This document shows positions 26,545 through 39,335 of a stretch of DNA of 64,000 nucleotides, in pieces (positions within the stretch are counted from its first letter, which is position 1; every line of letters begins with the position of its first letter). The position numbers and the translations under genes are program-made. The DNA is taken from assembly GCA_951406725.2 (NCBI GenBank), contig OX597819.1, positions 112,530,001 through 112,594,000 of the forward strand, written 5' to 3'. Origin of the DNA: Octopus vulgaris (lineage: Eukaryota). The notes under the pieces were generated by a model. It was not told where the DNA came from and searched no databases. It saw only the letters and a program-made list of their open reading frames with translations.

Positions 26545-26742
26545 AAAGAGAGACAGAGACAGGCAGAAACAAGGAAAATGGCCCTTGTATTTGAATACTA
26601 TGCAAATATTCTCTTAAAAAACTTTTCACTTAATTTTTCTAAAATTTAATTGTTTTCCATACTTACAGTTGAAGAAGTCTCAATGGCTGAAATATTTTTT
26701 ATAAAATTATTTTAGCATTTTCTACCTTGACTTTTTTCCATA
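26545..26742 (+). mobile_element. Copy of the 60553-60957 repeat family; hammerhead-like motif with stem III deleted
   Basis: Shares AAAGAGAGACAGAGACAGGCAGAAACAAG...CCTTGACTTTTTT with 60744-60957; TTGAAGA AGTC TCAAT GGCT GAAA; ends at (TA)n. Confidence 0.7.
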
Positions 26743-26873
26743 TATATATATATATATCATCATCATCATCATCATCGTTTAACGTCCGCTTTCCATGCTA
26801 GCATGGGTTGATATATATATATACATATATATGTATGTATGTATGTATGTATATATGTATGTATATATGTATA

Positions 26874-26913
<40 letters not shown>

Positions 26914-27190
26914 CGTGACCAGCCAGGTTATCAGATGTTGCTACACATCACTGGTCACAATGTGCTTTGCATTGTTTTAGCCTTCAAATGACGCCACCCT
27001 GCTGGCTAAGCGAGCAGGCCAACAGAAGAAAGAGTGAGAGAAAGTTGTGGCGAAAGAGTACAGCAGGGGTTGCCACCACCCCCTGCTGGAGCCTCGTGGA
27101 GCTTTAGGTGTTTTTGCTCAATAAACCTCACAATACTCAGTCTGGGAATCGAAACCGCGAGTCAGCTGCTCTAACTACTGGGCCATTGCA

Positions 27191-27254
<64 letters not shown>

Positions 27255-27609
27255 CATATATATATATATACCATATTTTAGCATGTATAAGGAACTGTCT
27301 TTGGCAAAAATTAAGTTTAAAATATATGGGAGTTTCTTATACATGGATAGTATTATAATCCCTTACAAAACCTTTTTTCTCCAAATTTTAAACCCAAAAT
27401 ATTAAGGGGTTCCTTATACATGTTAAAATACAGTGTATATGATAGGCTTCTTTCAGTTACCAAATTCACTCTCAGGCTTTGGTCAACCCGAGGCTATAGT
27501 AGAAGGCATTTGCCCAAGGTGCCACACAGTGGGACTGAACCCAAAGCCATGTGGTTGGGAAGCAAGCTTCTTACCACACAGCCATGTCCACGCCTATATA
27601 ATCCCTATA

Positions 27610-27920
27610 TATATCTCAACACTTCTACATATTAGATATTTCCACTTCCCAGAACACTCTAGGGATTCTTTTGTTTCTGTTAAGATTTTTGTCTTAGCTA
27701 GATTTATTTTTAGACTTATTGATTCTAGGCTCTGCATCCATTTTTGGAACTTCTCTAATTCCTTCAGTGATTTGGTCATAAGTGCCAGGAATTTCCCAAG
27801 GACAGCCAGTCTTGAACAACCCTATCATGGCCTGGAGAACTAAAATACAGAGGAAGAGGCCAAAAACTGACCCCCGCCCTCCGTGGATGCCTACATGCAT
27901 GCTAAATATGTGAGTGACTG
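27610..27920 (-). mobile_element. RTE LINE RT fragment
   Basis: VGIH..GSV..LFL.ILVLQA...KTGCPWE and LKINLAKTKIL; same family as 22246-23900. Confidence 0.7.
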
Positions 27921-28040
27921 GTGTACATCTCAGTTCACCAGATTTATTCTGCATCTCAGCAATAATCCCTGATAATCCAATACTTTCCTTACTTCCATAT
28001 CTGCCCCTTTCAACCATATTAGCTGTAAAATTCAATAGCT

Positions 28041-28134
<94 letters not shown>

Positions 28135-28469
28135 CCCTCTCCTTCTTTCTCCTTCATGCGTTCTCCAATTTGGCAGTTGCTCTTTGTAACAATTCCATGT
28201 CTCTTTCTTCTTGGTGTCAGAAGGTTGAGTGCTTTACTGTTATTCTATTACTGTTTCCTTAACAATATCTTGATTTATGCTCAAACACTGCTTAGCAATT
28301 TGGAACAACTTACACTTCTGAGCATTGGCAAACCTCTTACTTTCTGCTTCTCTCCCTGATATATGTAGATGCATGCATGCATGTATGTATGTATGTATGT
28401 ATGTATGTATGTATGTATGTATGTGTGTGTGTATGTATGTATGTATGTATGTATGTATGTATGTATGTT

Positions 28470-29024
28470 ATGTCAGGTCACTTTCGAGTGCTACTGGTAA
28501 CATGTAACCCAGTACAACTGGTTGCATGGTCGGGTCGTCGGCGACTAAACCGGCAACCCCACCAAGCTTGCTTGGTGAGGAGGGTGTTTATTGGACACCC
28601 TGCGGGATGAAAAACAAAACCCGTCAAAGGGTGGAGGAACTCTTGAGAGTCAACGGCCATCCAATAAATGCCTTAAGGCTGTATCATGCATGGGGACATA
28701 AAAATAATCGAACTGAATACCCGATCGTGCGGTTAAACCATTGGGAGTGAAGGACTCCTAGCCTTTGTTAGGGCATCCTTCTAGGAGAAGGTAACTCAGG
28801 TAACTGGGATAACTCCGACATAAAACCTGAGGCTCAGTGGTTACTGATGATGTTGACTTGTTCTTCTTTTCGGATTATGGCTGCTGTTGCTTAGTGAGTG
28901 GAATTGACTCAGTACACAGCCTTTCCTCACTTTAAAAAAAATCTTCTTGCACAAGCATTGCACGATAACAACATTGATTAAGCTTCATGCAATAGCCATA
29001 CTCGATAACGAGGGGACAGCCACC
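28470..29024 (+). mobile_element. GC-richer structured non-autonomous element with RTE-type 5' UTR motifs, inside (ATGT)n
   Basis: CCGGCAACCCCACCAAGCTTGCTTGGTGAGGAGGG and GGGCATCCTTCTAGGAGAAGGTAACTC resemble RTE 5' UTR motifs; (ATGT)n on both sides. Confidence 0.55.
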
Positions 29025-29055
29025 ATGTATGTATGTATGCATATAAGTATGTATG

Positions 29056-29089
<34 letters not shown>

Positions 29090-29217
29090 TATTCTTTTAC
29101 GCTTTCACTTGTTTCAGTCATTTGACTGTGGCCATGTTGGAGCACCACCTTTATTCAAGCAAATCAACTAGTACTTATTCGGTTGTTGATGCTGGGGGGA
29201 CAAATACAGACACAGAA

Positions 29218-29260
<43 letters not shown>

Positions 29261-29942
29261 CATACATATATATGATGGGCTTCTTTCAGTTTCTGTCTGA
29301 CAAATCTACTCCCGAAACCATGTGGTTGGTAAGCAAGCTACTTACCACACAGCCACTTCTTCAACTATATTTGAAGAAGGAGAGACAGAGAGAGAAAAAG
29401 AGAGAGAGAGAGAGGTACATTGATGGCTAGCTAGATGCCTGTATGTATGTCACACAACTATATATGTTGTGCAACATAAAATATATATTGGTTATTTCGT
29501 ACTGCAATATGAGACAAAGATGGATGCTCGTAGATCAAATATATAACTCATAGTTACATGTCAAATAAAACATAGATTCTTGAAGAATGAAAATGTGACA
29601 TGTAAAAATCTAATATACAGTAAGGTTACTGGTTAGATCAGCAACAGAACATTATACATTTATCAGGATCTCTCTTTTAATTAAAACAAGCTACAGGGTA
29701 TTTGTTGACATGTTTTCATTCAGTAAACATTTCAGATCACATTTTTTTTACAGTAATCATTTGAAATCTCAACTTTATTTAAAACAAACTCATGAACATG
29801 AGTATGAGTATAATGATGATGATGATGATGATGATGACGACGACAAAAATGACATGGTTACTGTTCCAAAAATGCTATTTATTTGAAGTGGATATGGTTT
29901 GGGGAATTAACTCCATCACACAGCATCTGTCTCAGCTGAAGC

Positions 29943-29986
<44 letters not shown>

Positions 29987-30485
29987 CCTGATTAAAATAA
30001 AATGATGACAATGTGGATGATAATGACGATGACAATGACAACAACGATGATGGGGATGATGAAGGTCATAGTAGTGATAATGAGGATGAAGAGCAGAAGG
30101 AAGGGGGTGGAGGTGGGTGAAGGTGAGGGTGAAGACAATTATGATGATGATGATGATGATGATGATGTTGAAGTTGAAGGTCATAGTGGGGATAATGGGG
30201 AAGAGGAAAAGAAGGAAGGAGAGGAGGCGGTGAAGGTGAGGGTGAAGCTGATGATGATGATGAATTCAATTGACAATGTATTATCTTCTGTTAAGCTTCT
30301 TAAAAGAATTATATGACTAAAGGGAGAGAACAAAGCAACAACAACAACAACATCAGCAACAGCAAAAACAATAATAACAGTGACAGATGCTATATTTGAA
30401 GCTCTTCCTGCCACCCTGTCATCATCATCACCATCATCACAACCACCATTACTACCACCTTCACCACATCTGTATGTACTACCAA

Positions 30486-30520
<35 letters not shown>

Positions 30521-30545
30521 ATAATAATAATAATAATAATAATAA

Positions 30546-31106
30546 TGGGGGAGCATCATAGCCATGTGTTGAGAGGGATTCTTTGGGGTTTGAATAATTC
30601 ACCTCTGGAAACATGGGTGTTTCGTTCAACACCCTCAACCCTTTAGCATTTAAACCGGCCATATCCGGCCAAAAATATTCTACCTGTTTTATGTTCAAAC
30701 TAGCCATATTTGGTCTCTCACACCAACCCTACAATATTGTTTAAAAAATTAACAGCTACCTCATCAAAATCTCATAGCTACAAGATAATGCATGATTAAT
30801 TCAAAACAATGTAGATGAAGAAGCATTAATTTTGGCAGAATAATGCAAACACTAAAGGGTTAAACAATCCTTATTCAGAGACCTTTCGAGTGGGATGGGT
30901 TACTCGACCTGAAGAAAATTCTAACTGGTCCCCACCTGCAAGGTCATGTGCTGTTTATCTTGATATGAGATCACCATGTCGCGCACATATGGTTGTGATG
31001 CATGTGCCTAGTGTACCCTTATCAGACGGGTAGTCATGATGGGTATACTGGGCTTCGTATATATTTCCCCAGTGTCACTTTGATGGCATGCACTGCTCTC
31101 TCACTC

Positions 31107-31107
<1 letters not shown>
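30546..31107. mobile_element. Short element inserted in (AAT)n, probably a non-autonomous R4/Dong partner; partial inverted copy at about 6093-6235
   Basis: (AAT)n on both flanks; ACCCTTATCAGACGG.TAGTCATGATGGGTATACTGGGCTTCGTAT shared with the reverse complement of 6093-6235. Confidence 0.6.
30639..30859. mobile_element. piggyBac-type MITE
   Basis: TCAA|CCCTTTAG...CTAAAGGG|TTAA; terminal inverted repeats with a TTAA-like target. Confidence 0.75.
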
Positions 31108-31160
<53 letters not shown>

Positions 31161-31393
31161 CATAATAATCCCTTCTACAAAAGGCACAAGGTCTGAAATT
31201 TTGGGGGAGGGTTCTAGTCAGCTACATCAACCTCAGCATTTCACTGTTACTTAATTTATCGACTCCGAAAGAATGAAAGGCAAGGTCGACCTCGGTGGAA
31301 TTTGAACTCAGAACGTAGAGATCAGTGAAATGCTGCTAAGCATCTTGCCCAGCATGCTAATGATTCTGCAAGTTTGCCATCTTAATAATAATA

Positions 31394-31447
<54 letters not shown>

Positions 31448-31519
31448 GTAATAACAACAACAACAATAATAATAATAGTAATAATAATAATAATAATAAT
31501 AATGATAATAATAATAATT

Positions 31520-32030
31520 TTGCAGAATGACCCAAGTTGGTTCAGGGAGAATATAAAAATTGATATCATGGCCAAGTTGAGAAAGTTTTGCACTGGAAAC
31601 CCTGTCAGAAATGAGGGTTTGAAGCTGGAAGTACTTGGTATAAAGAGTACATGAGTTGGAAAATGCAAGATTTAAATGGATAAAAAAACAGAAAGTAATA
31701 AGCCAGATATAACTTTAATAGACAAGGAAAAGCAAATTTGCTTACTGATTGATCCATCGAGTCCATTTTATTCCAGAATTGTGAAGAAGAAGTGAAAAAA
31801 TAAAAAAAATATATATAACTCCCTTAAAATTTGAGATTGCAAGAATTTAGAATACGAAAACTAAAGATTGTGCCTGTAATAGCTGGTGCATTAGGAACTG
31901 TGAGTAAAGATACAGACAAATGGTTGAAGGAGATTGGAATGTAATGTCCTGTAGAGCTTCTACTGAAAGTTTGCCTCTTAGGAACAGGGAAGATAATAAG
32001 AAGCGTTTTGAGCACATGAAAGATTGCTGA
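31520..32030 (+). mobile_element. R4/Dong-like RLE LINE 3' fragment
   Basis: KIVPVIAGALGTVSKDTDKWLKEIG..CPVELLLKVCLLGTGKIIRSVLST; follows an (AAT)n tract. Confidence 0.7.
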
Positions 32031-33015
32031 AAGCTTGTGGATATGTGAGGTTACAGGTAATAGCTGGATACCTACATAAATTCTATAAGGAATAATATCA
32101 ATCCTGAGTCAGGTTGAAGAGTCTTATAATAATTCTGCATGTCCTTGCATTACTTAGTTTGTCGGTAATGCTTTCATGTTTATTTATGTGCCCTTTTCAA
32201 GCCTAGCCAGGCTCATGGGCCTGGTTTCCCGGTTTCTGTGGTGTATGTGTTCCCCCCAGCTGGACGGGATGCCAGTCCATCGCAGCGTTACTCAAGAAAT
32301 AGGAAGGAAGATTGAGAGAAAGTTGGGGTGAAAGAGTACAACAGGGGTTGTCACCACTCCCTGCCGGAGCTTCGTGGAGCTTTAGGTGTTTTCGCTCAAT
32401 AAACACATACAACACCCGGTCTGGGAATCGAAACCACGATCCTCCAACTGCGAGTCCACTGCCCTAACCACTGGGCCACTGTGCCTCCATTGCTTTCATG
32501 TAATTAGAGAAAAAGCAGGAGAGAAAAGCGTCCATGATGTGAGGTAGAGGGAATGTAATTGTGACTCTTTCAGGTGATTAGTTGAAGGGAAAGAGAGGAG
32601 AAAGAAAAAGGTGAGAAAAAAAGGGGATAAGGCAAAGAGGGAGAATGAAAAAGAGGGAGAGAGAAGTGTCCATGATGTGAGGTAGGGGAAATGTAATATT
32701 CATTACATGGTTAAAAAAAAGTTAGTTGAAGGTAGAGGAGGAGAGTTAAAATATAATTTTAGCAGAGGGGTGATGTTCTGATGGCGAGGTTAAAGAAAGG
32801 CACAGTGAGAAGGGGAGGGAGAGAGAGAAGGGAGGGGCAAGAAAGACAATGATGGTGGTGGTGGATGGCAGATACATGCAATTCAATTAAAGCTTGTATC
32901 ATATGTACTGGGGATATTTTTTTTGTTTATAAGAAAAATAGAAAAATAAGAGTGAATATTTATTTTATGAGTATTGTGTATTAAGTCTATAAAATTGTAC
33001 ATAAAGTATATAAAG

Positions 33016-33610
33016 ATATTTAAACATAATCAAATAGGGTAATAAAATAAATTATTATTACCAGTGGCCTAGCACAAAAGACAAATTAGTCATTAGACTA
33101 TATATTTTTCGTATAGAAATATAATAAAAGGCTTCCAAATAAGGAAGCTTAGTGCTAGAAACACAAAAAGGGATAAATTCATGAAAGGAATGAAAATTAA
33201 AAACATTTACCATCTCAGCTATATCCCAGACCGATTGGTTTCTACCTATTTTTAGCAAACACAGAATATATTTGCCAGGCCAGGTTCTTCAGTGGGAAGC
33301 CTTCGTAATCCTAGATGCACAGACTGTTAGAAGCACATGTAGATCTAACGGTTTGTATATCCTAACTTTTCAAACCTTTGCGCAGACGCAAAACATACCC
33401 GGCGAACAGAGAGGATGCTGGTAAAAAATTTACGAACAAATTTATCAAGCAATATTTAAACATAATCAAATAGGGTAATAAAATAAATTATTATTACCAG
33501 TGGCCTAGCACAAAAGACGAATTAGTCATTAGACTATATATTTTTCGTATAGAAATATAATAAAAGGCTTCCAAATAAGGAAGCGTAGTGCTAGAAACAC
33601 AAAAAGGAAT
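33016..33610 (-). mobile_element. Retrozyme/Penelope-like insert: 156-bp terminal direct repeats, 436-bp period, 11-bp TSD
   Basis: 33016-33171 matches 33452-33607 with 2 substitutions seen; AGTATATAAAG at 33005-33015 and 33611-33621; internal hammerhead. Confidence 0.8.
33224..33297 (-). ncRNA. Type I hammerhead ribozyme with canonical core
   Basis: Minus strand UCCCA CUGAAGA ACCUG[11-bp inner hairpin]UAGGU A GAAA CC-AAUC-GG UC UGGGA; predicted cut after GUC (33229/33228). Confidence 0.78.
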
Positions 33611-33784
33611 AGTATATAAAGTGTATATTCAAAGTGCATTAAGTAATCATTGTATTTCATTTTCTTTCACTTTTCAATGAGCAGCAGATGAGTGACTATC
33701 TTTTGATACAGACAAAACCACAGGCTGCACTTTCAGGTTTTTGGGATAAAATTTTCAGAAATAACCCAATAGGTTTACCATTAT

Positions 33785-34247
33785 TTCCATGAATTCACAG
33801 GTCCCACTAGTAATTCCGTGAATTCACAGGTCCCGCTAGTAATTATGTGAATTCACATGTCCTACTAGTAATCCCATGAATTCACAGGTTTCGCTAGTAA
33901 TTCCATGAATTCACAGATCCCACTAGTAATTCTGTGAATTCACAGGTCCCCACAGGTCCTACTAGTAATTCCGTGAATTCACAGATCTGGCTAGTAATAC
34001 CATGAATTCACAGGTCCTACTAGTAATTCCTTGAATTCACAGGTCCTGCTAGTAATTCCTTGAATTCACAGGTCCTGCTAGTAATTCCGTGAATTCACAG
34101 GACCCACTAGTAATTCCATGAATTCACAGGTCTCACTAGTAATTCTACAAATTCACAGGTCCTGCTAGTAATTCCGTGAATTCACAGGTCCCATTCGTAA
34201 TTCTACAAATTTACAGGTCCTACTAATAATCCCATGAATTCACAGGT
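33785..34247. repeat. 29-bp minisatellite, about 16 copies
   Basis: Unit TTCCRTGAATTCACAGGTCCYRCTAGTAA, contiguous, no spacers. Confidence 0.92.
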
Positions 34248-34492
34248 ACCCCGGTGCTTAACTAAATGATGAAAGGCAAAGTGAAACTTTGCAGAATTTG
34301 AACTTTGAACGTAGAGATGGATAAAATGACAACTGCAAGAATAATGCCCCCCTAAAACCACTATCACTTCAGTTACCATGACTACCAGTAAAACTACCAC
34401 CAACACCATTACCTAGCCACTACAACAACCACCACCACTACACCTATCATAATGACTAGTTCAACTATGAACTAGCAGCAGTGCATCTATAT

Positions 34493-34787
34493 CAGGCATC
34501 GGCAAACTTTTTTGAGAACTTAGCCACATGACATGGCTCATCATTAGGTGGGCCACATGAGACATGGCTCATCATTAGGTGGGCCACGTGAGACATGGCT
34601 CATCATTAGGTGGGCCACATGAGACATGGCTCATCATTAGGTGAACCACATGACACATGGCTCATCATTAGGTGGGCCACATGAAAATGGCTCATCATAA
34701 AATTCAAAGTAATTTTTAATTAAGCGTGCCATTTTGAAAGTCCTGTGGGCCACATGTGACCCAAAGGCCACAGTTTGCCCATGACTG
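34493..34787. mobile_element. hAT-type MITE with an internal 31-bp tandem array
   Basis: TIR CAGGCATCGGCAAACT / AGTTTGCCCATGACTG (14/16); about 5.5 copies of ACATGGCTCATCATTAGGTGGGCCACATGAG. Confidence 0.75.
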
Positions 34788-36769
34788 AGAGTCTGTATAG
34801 CTTCTATATTGACTCTCAATCTGCATGAAATAGCAGCCAAATCTTATTCGTAGTCATAGACTGATTCACTAATCCTGAAAACAAGACATAGTGGTCATGG
34901 TTGGAATGCCTATGAATTTAGGTCTGTTCAGTCAGGGCTGACCTATGGTTAAACAACACCAGTAACAACAACAAACAACAACCAGTACAACTACCATTAC
35001 TGCAGTTAATGACACTATTGGAAGTGCAAATCACCACTGCTCCCACTACTATAAAACACTATCATCATCATCATCATCATCATCATCACTGCTACAACCG
35101 CCAGAACCATCATCACTATAGTAACAACTACAACAGCTACAGCTGTGAGTACCATCCATACTACAATTACCAACGTCCCCATCAGTGAGATCAGCACTGT
35201 TGTAAGTAACATGACCTCTTGTATTGCTAATACCTCACCAATGCTACCAACAGTGCTGTTACCACCACCACCACCACCACCACCACCACCACCACCACCA
35301 TAACTACTACAACCATTGCAACCACCACCATCATTGTCATCATTATCACCACCACCACCACTACCACCATCATCATAGCTACAACAACCACTACACTCAC
35401 CACTGCGACTGCAACTGCCACTACCGCTGTCACCATAACTACCACCGACACTGCAACCATCACCACAAACACCACTAACACCACCACCACCACCACTACC
35501 TTCACCACCATTACAATAGCTACAACACCTTCCACTTTCTCATTATCAGCACCACTATGGAAAAGTTCAGGTTGTCCAAAACAAAAACAAGAACAGGAAC
35601 AAGAAGAAAAAAGAACAACAACACTAGTAACAACAACAACAACAACAATAACAACAACAACAACAATAACAACAATGACAACATCAACTGCAGCAACAGC
35701 AACAGGAGTAGCAACAACAACATCAACAGAAGTAACAGCAACAGTGACAGAGCCTGTCTTAACCTATTTCACTCATTATCCTCTTACTGACAGTGTGATG
35801 GTGGTAGTTGTGGGGTGTCTACTGTGACCTCTACCATGGTCTGGTTTGTAGTGGTGGTGGCGGTGGTGGTGGTGGTGGTGGTGAGGATATTGGTCTTGTT
35901 GTTAATACCCAAGTCAACCCTAATCACGTACAACCAGGATAAAGCGGAGGGGCCCAACCAGGACCATCATGTCTTTTTCTAAAGAAATCTTGAACTACAT
36001 GATCTAACATCCCCTTCTTTTTTTTTCATGACGATGAGCTTTACTTTGAGTCAATTTTGGCTATTATTTCTAGCAAATAGAGTTAATAGGTGTAAGCTTC
36101 TTTTACAGAACATTTATTACTCCTTAAAGCAGAGGCTGCAAGGCAAAAAGCAGTATCATTGTTAAATGTAAGGCAGTGAGCTGGCAGAATCATTGATATA
36201 TAGATGCAGGTGTGACTCTGTGGTAAGAAACTTGCTTCCCAATCACATGGTTACAGGTTCAGTCCCACTGTGTGGCACCTTGGGCAAGTGTCTTCTACTA
36301 TAGCCTCAGACTGACCAAAGCTTTGTGAGCAGATTTGGCAGACAGAAACTGTGTTTGTCCCCCCAACATCGCTTGACAACCAATGCTGGTGTGCTTACAT
36401 ATCCGTCACATAGCAGTTCGGCAAGAGAGACTGATAGAATAAGTACTAGGCTTTAAAAGAATAAGTCCCAGAGGTAGATTTGCTCGACTAAAGGCAGTGC
36501 ACCAGCATGGCCGCAGTCAAATGACTGAAACAAATAAATGAATAAAAGAATAAGGAATTATGCAACCACTCTGGAGTGGGTGCAATGAGATAATGCATCC
36601 ATTACATTCTGTGGAGTGGTTGGTGATAGGAAAGGCATCCAACTGTAGACACCAAAACAAATGCCATGTACAAGTATCAGTTATGTTTGTGGGAGTAGTT
36701 GTTTCAAATAACTGTGATGACCCATCCAACCCATGCCAGCATGGAAAGCAGGCATGAAATAATATTGAT

Positions 36770-36866
36770 GCTGTTGATGAAGATCATAATGATAATGACA
36801 ATGTTGATGACAACGGTGGTGGTGGTGGGGGGGAGATTGGTGGTCGTGTTGGTGGTGGTAGCAGTT

Positions 36867-36898
<32 letters not shown>

Positions 36899-37175
36899 GA
36901 TGATGATGATAATGACAATGTTGATGATAATGGTGGTGGTGGGGAGATCAGTGGTGGTGGTGGTGGTGGTAGCAGTTATGATGATGATGATGACGATGAT
37001 GAAGATGACAATGTTGATGATAATGGTGGTGGTGGGGAGATCGGTGGTGGTGGTGGTGGTGGTGGTGGTAGCAGTTATGATGATGATGATGACGATGATG
37101 AAGATGACAATGTTGATGATAATGGTGGTGGTGGGGAGATCGGTGATGGTGGTGGTGGTGGTGGTGGTAGCAGTT

Positions 37176-37209
<34 letters not shown>

Positions 37210-37280
37210 CAATGTTGATGGTAACAGTAGTGGTGGGGAAATCAGTGGTGGGGTTGGTGGTGGTGGTTGTGGTGGTGATG
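36770..37280. repeat. Higher-order compound (GAT)n/(GGT)n repeat, about 100-bp unit, about 4-5 copies
   Basis: Recurring GACAATGTTGATG...GGGGAGATC.GTGG...TAGCAGTTATG anchors. Confidence 0.85.
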
Positions 37281-37690
37281 TGTAGGTTTAAACATTAGAT
37301 TCATGACAAAAGAACTGTGCTCTCATTTCATATGCAATAACAGCCTACTAATTGAATCTGGATTTCAGTTCTCTGTTTTTGTGAATCAAGACAAAATCTA
37401 GAAGTTACATGAAGCCATAGGTAGACCTGCTGATTACAGTCAGCTAGAAAGTTCTACACTTTTGCTGAGGCTATACATGAGAAGCAGTCACAAAGAAATC
37501 AGTGAATTTTCTGTTCCCATTTATGATTGAGTTAATTCAGTTCACATATGCAGTTGATGCATCGAGTTGAAAGCTAATTTTATTTTTAGTTCAGTTTATT
37601 CTTCCAAAATGCTACAAATGAATCATTTTAAAAAAAAAAAAACAGTAATTATCTCTTAGAAAATTAAAAAGATTTCATTTTTATATTTGA

Positions 37691-38088
37691 CTAGCAGTAT
37701 CGCCCGGCGTTGCTCGGGTTTGTAAGGGAAATAACTATATAAGCATTTTTAGAGATGTAAAGTATAATAGCCATCTCAATATGGCTAACCACAAAGTAGG
37801 GGGATGTTACTGTAGCTTTTTACGTTCTGAGATTTAATAATAAATTTTTAGAGAGTTACTTCCCTTATATATGCCAAAAATGCATTAAAAATGGGAAAAA
37901 TTGATGGTAAATTTTTTTTTAAATCATAGACTCATCGTGGACGCGCGCTAATACCCAGAAGGGCTCGATATGAATCACGACTATAAGATACCTGGTTTTG
38001 GTTAAACTGCACCGCAAAATGTGGGAGTAGTTAGGAATCTAAATCGTAGGAGACAGACAGCACACAACCTCACTTTTATATATAAAGA
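37691..38088 (-). mobile_element. Non-autonomous Helitron, copy 2
   Basis: TC start, hairpin and CTAG end, inserted between A and T; 398 bp. Confidence 0.9.
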
Positions 38089-38747
38089 TTTGCAAGATTC
38101 TTGATGTCAACTTGTGTCTTGAGACAGATTTTGTTGCATCTTGGTAGGGTCGTTATGCCAATAATAACAAATGCACTGATTCTGTTCCACTTCCTTTATT
38201 ATTATTATTATTCTGACTTCATGGTTTGAGTTCAAATGCCAAGGTGGTTGAATCTACCTTTCGTCCTTTTGGGGTTGATAATGTAAGTAGCAGTTGAGTA
38301 CAGGAGTTTATGTAATTGACTTACCCACTCTCTTGAAATTGCTGGCTTTGTGCTAAAATCTGAGACCACTATTAGCCAACAAAGCAGCAAGCTTGCAGAA
38401 TCACTAGTATGCTAGGTAAAATGCTTAGTGGCATTAGTTCTGGCTTTATGTTCTGAGTTCATATTCTTCTGTTGCTGACTTTGCCTTTCATCCCTTCTGG
38501 GTCAATAAAATAAGTACCAGTTAAGCACTGGAAGGGGTGTAATCAGCTAGCTCCTTTCCACCAAAAATTTCAGGTCTTATGTAGAAAGAATTATTATTAG
38601 TCAACAAATCAAATAATTAGCTGTTTGATTTGTCATTAAGTAATCCCCTGAAGAAACACATCTTACGCTTTTAATGGGGTTCAACGGACCGTTAGGTAAC
38701 AACTTAGTTATGCAACCCCATGCTCCTCAGACACGGCAGTTATGGAT

Positions 38748-38789
<42 letters not shown>

Positions 38790-38932
38790 CCGGAGTAAGC
38801 ACTTAAATGTGGAACAAGGTGGAAGAAAGTGTACTCAAATACCAGAGGTAGAGTAATATGCTTTATTTAAAAGCAGAAGAAATATAACAAAAGCTGTTAC
38901 TCATTCATTATTTCTTTTCTTTTTTAACAAAT

Positions 38933-38970
38933 CTGTCCGACGAATGGGAATGTGAAACTCTGAGTAACAC
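38933..38970 (+). ncRNA. Decayed minimal hammerhead motif within an inverted Penelope-like repeat
   Basis: CTGT CCGACGA ATG-GGAA-TGT GAAA CTC-T-GAG TA ACAC; inverted arms 38856-38903 / 38961-39008. Confidence 0.55.
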
Positions 38971-39154
38971 CTTTTGTTATATTTCTGCTACTTTTAAATA
39001 AAGTATATATATATATATAAAATTAAATAAGGGTAGAAATTGATATTAATCAATTAAAACCAGTGGCCTAGCATATTTTAAAAAAATTTGAAGATTAAAA
39101 ATTTTATACATACAAAATTTAGTGGTCATTCCTCTAAATTTTGTATATATATAT

Positions 39155-39335
39155 AAAGGGAAAATTTATGAAAATAAACAAAAGACGAAGGCAGGTGGTA
39201 TACAAACAAACAGATGTATTAGTATAGCACTCAGGAATAGAAAAAGTTGTTTACGTTTCGAGCCTACGCTCTTCTACAGAAAGATACACAGAAAAAAAAC
39301 AAGGAGAGAAAAAAATGTGTGTAGTAGCTAACGAT
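39155..39335 (-). mobile_element. Solo copy of the CTGTAGA hammerhead-like repeat
   Basis: Minus strand CTTT CTGTAGA A GAGC GTAG GCTC GAAA CG TA AACA at 39248-39283; abuts (TA)n. Confidence 0.7.

Noticed and set aside
33785-34247. 29-bp palindromic repeats as a CRISPR array
   Set aside because: Units are contiguous with no unique spacers, no cas genes, eukaryotic intron
36699-37298. 199-aa Met/Val-rich ORF
   Set aside because: Translation of a compound (GAT)n/(GGT)n repeat; the same applies to the poly-H/D/N/I/Y and CV/YI/TH ORFs across the track
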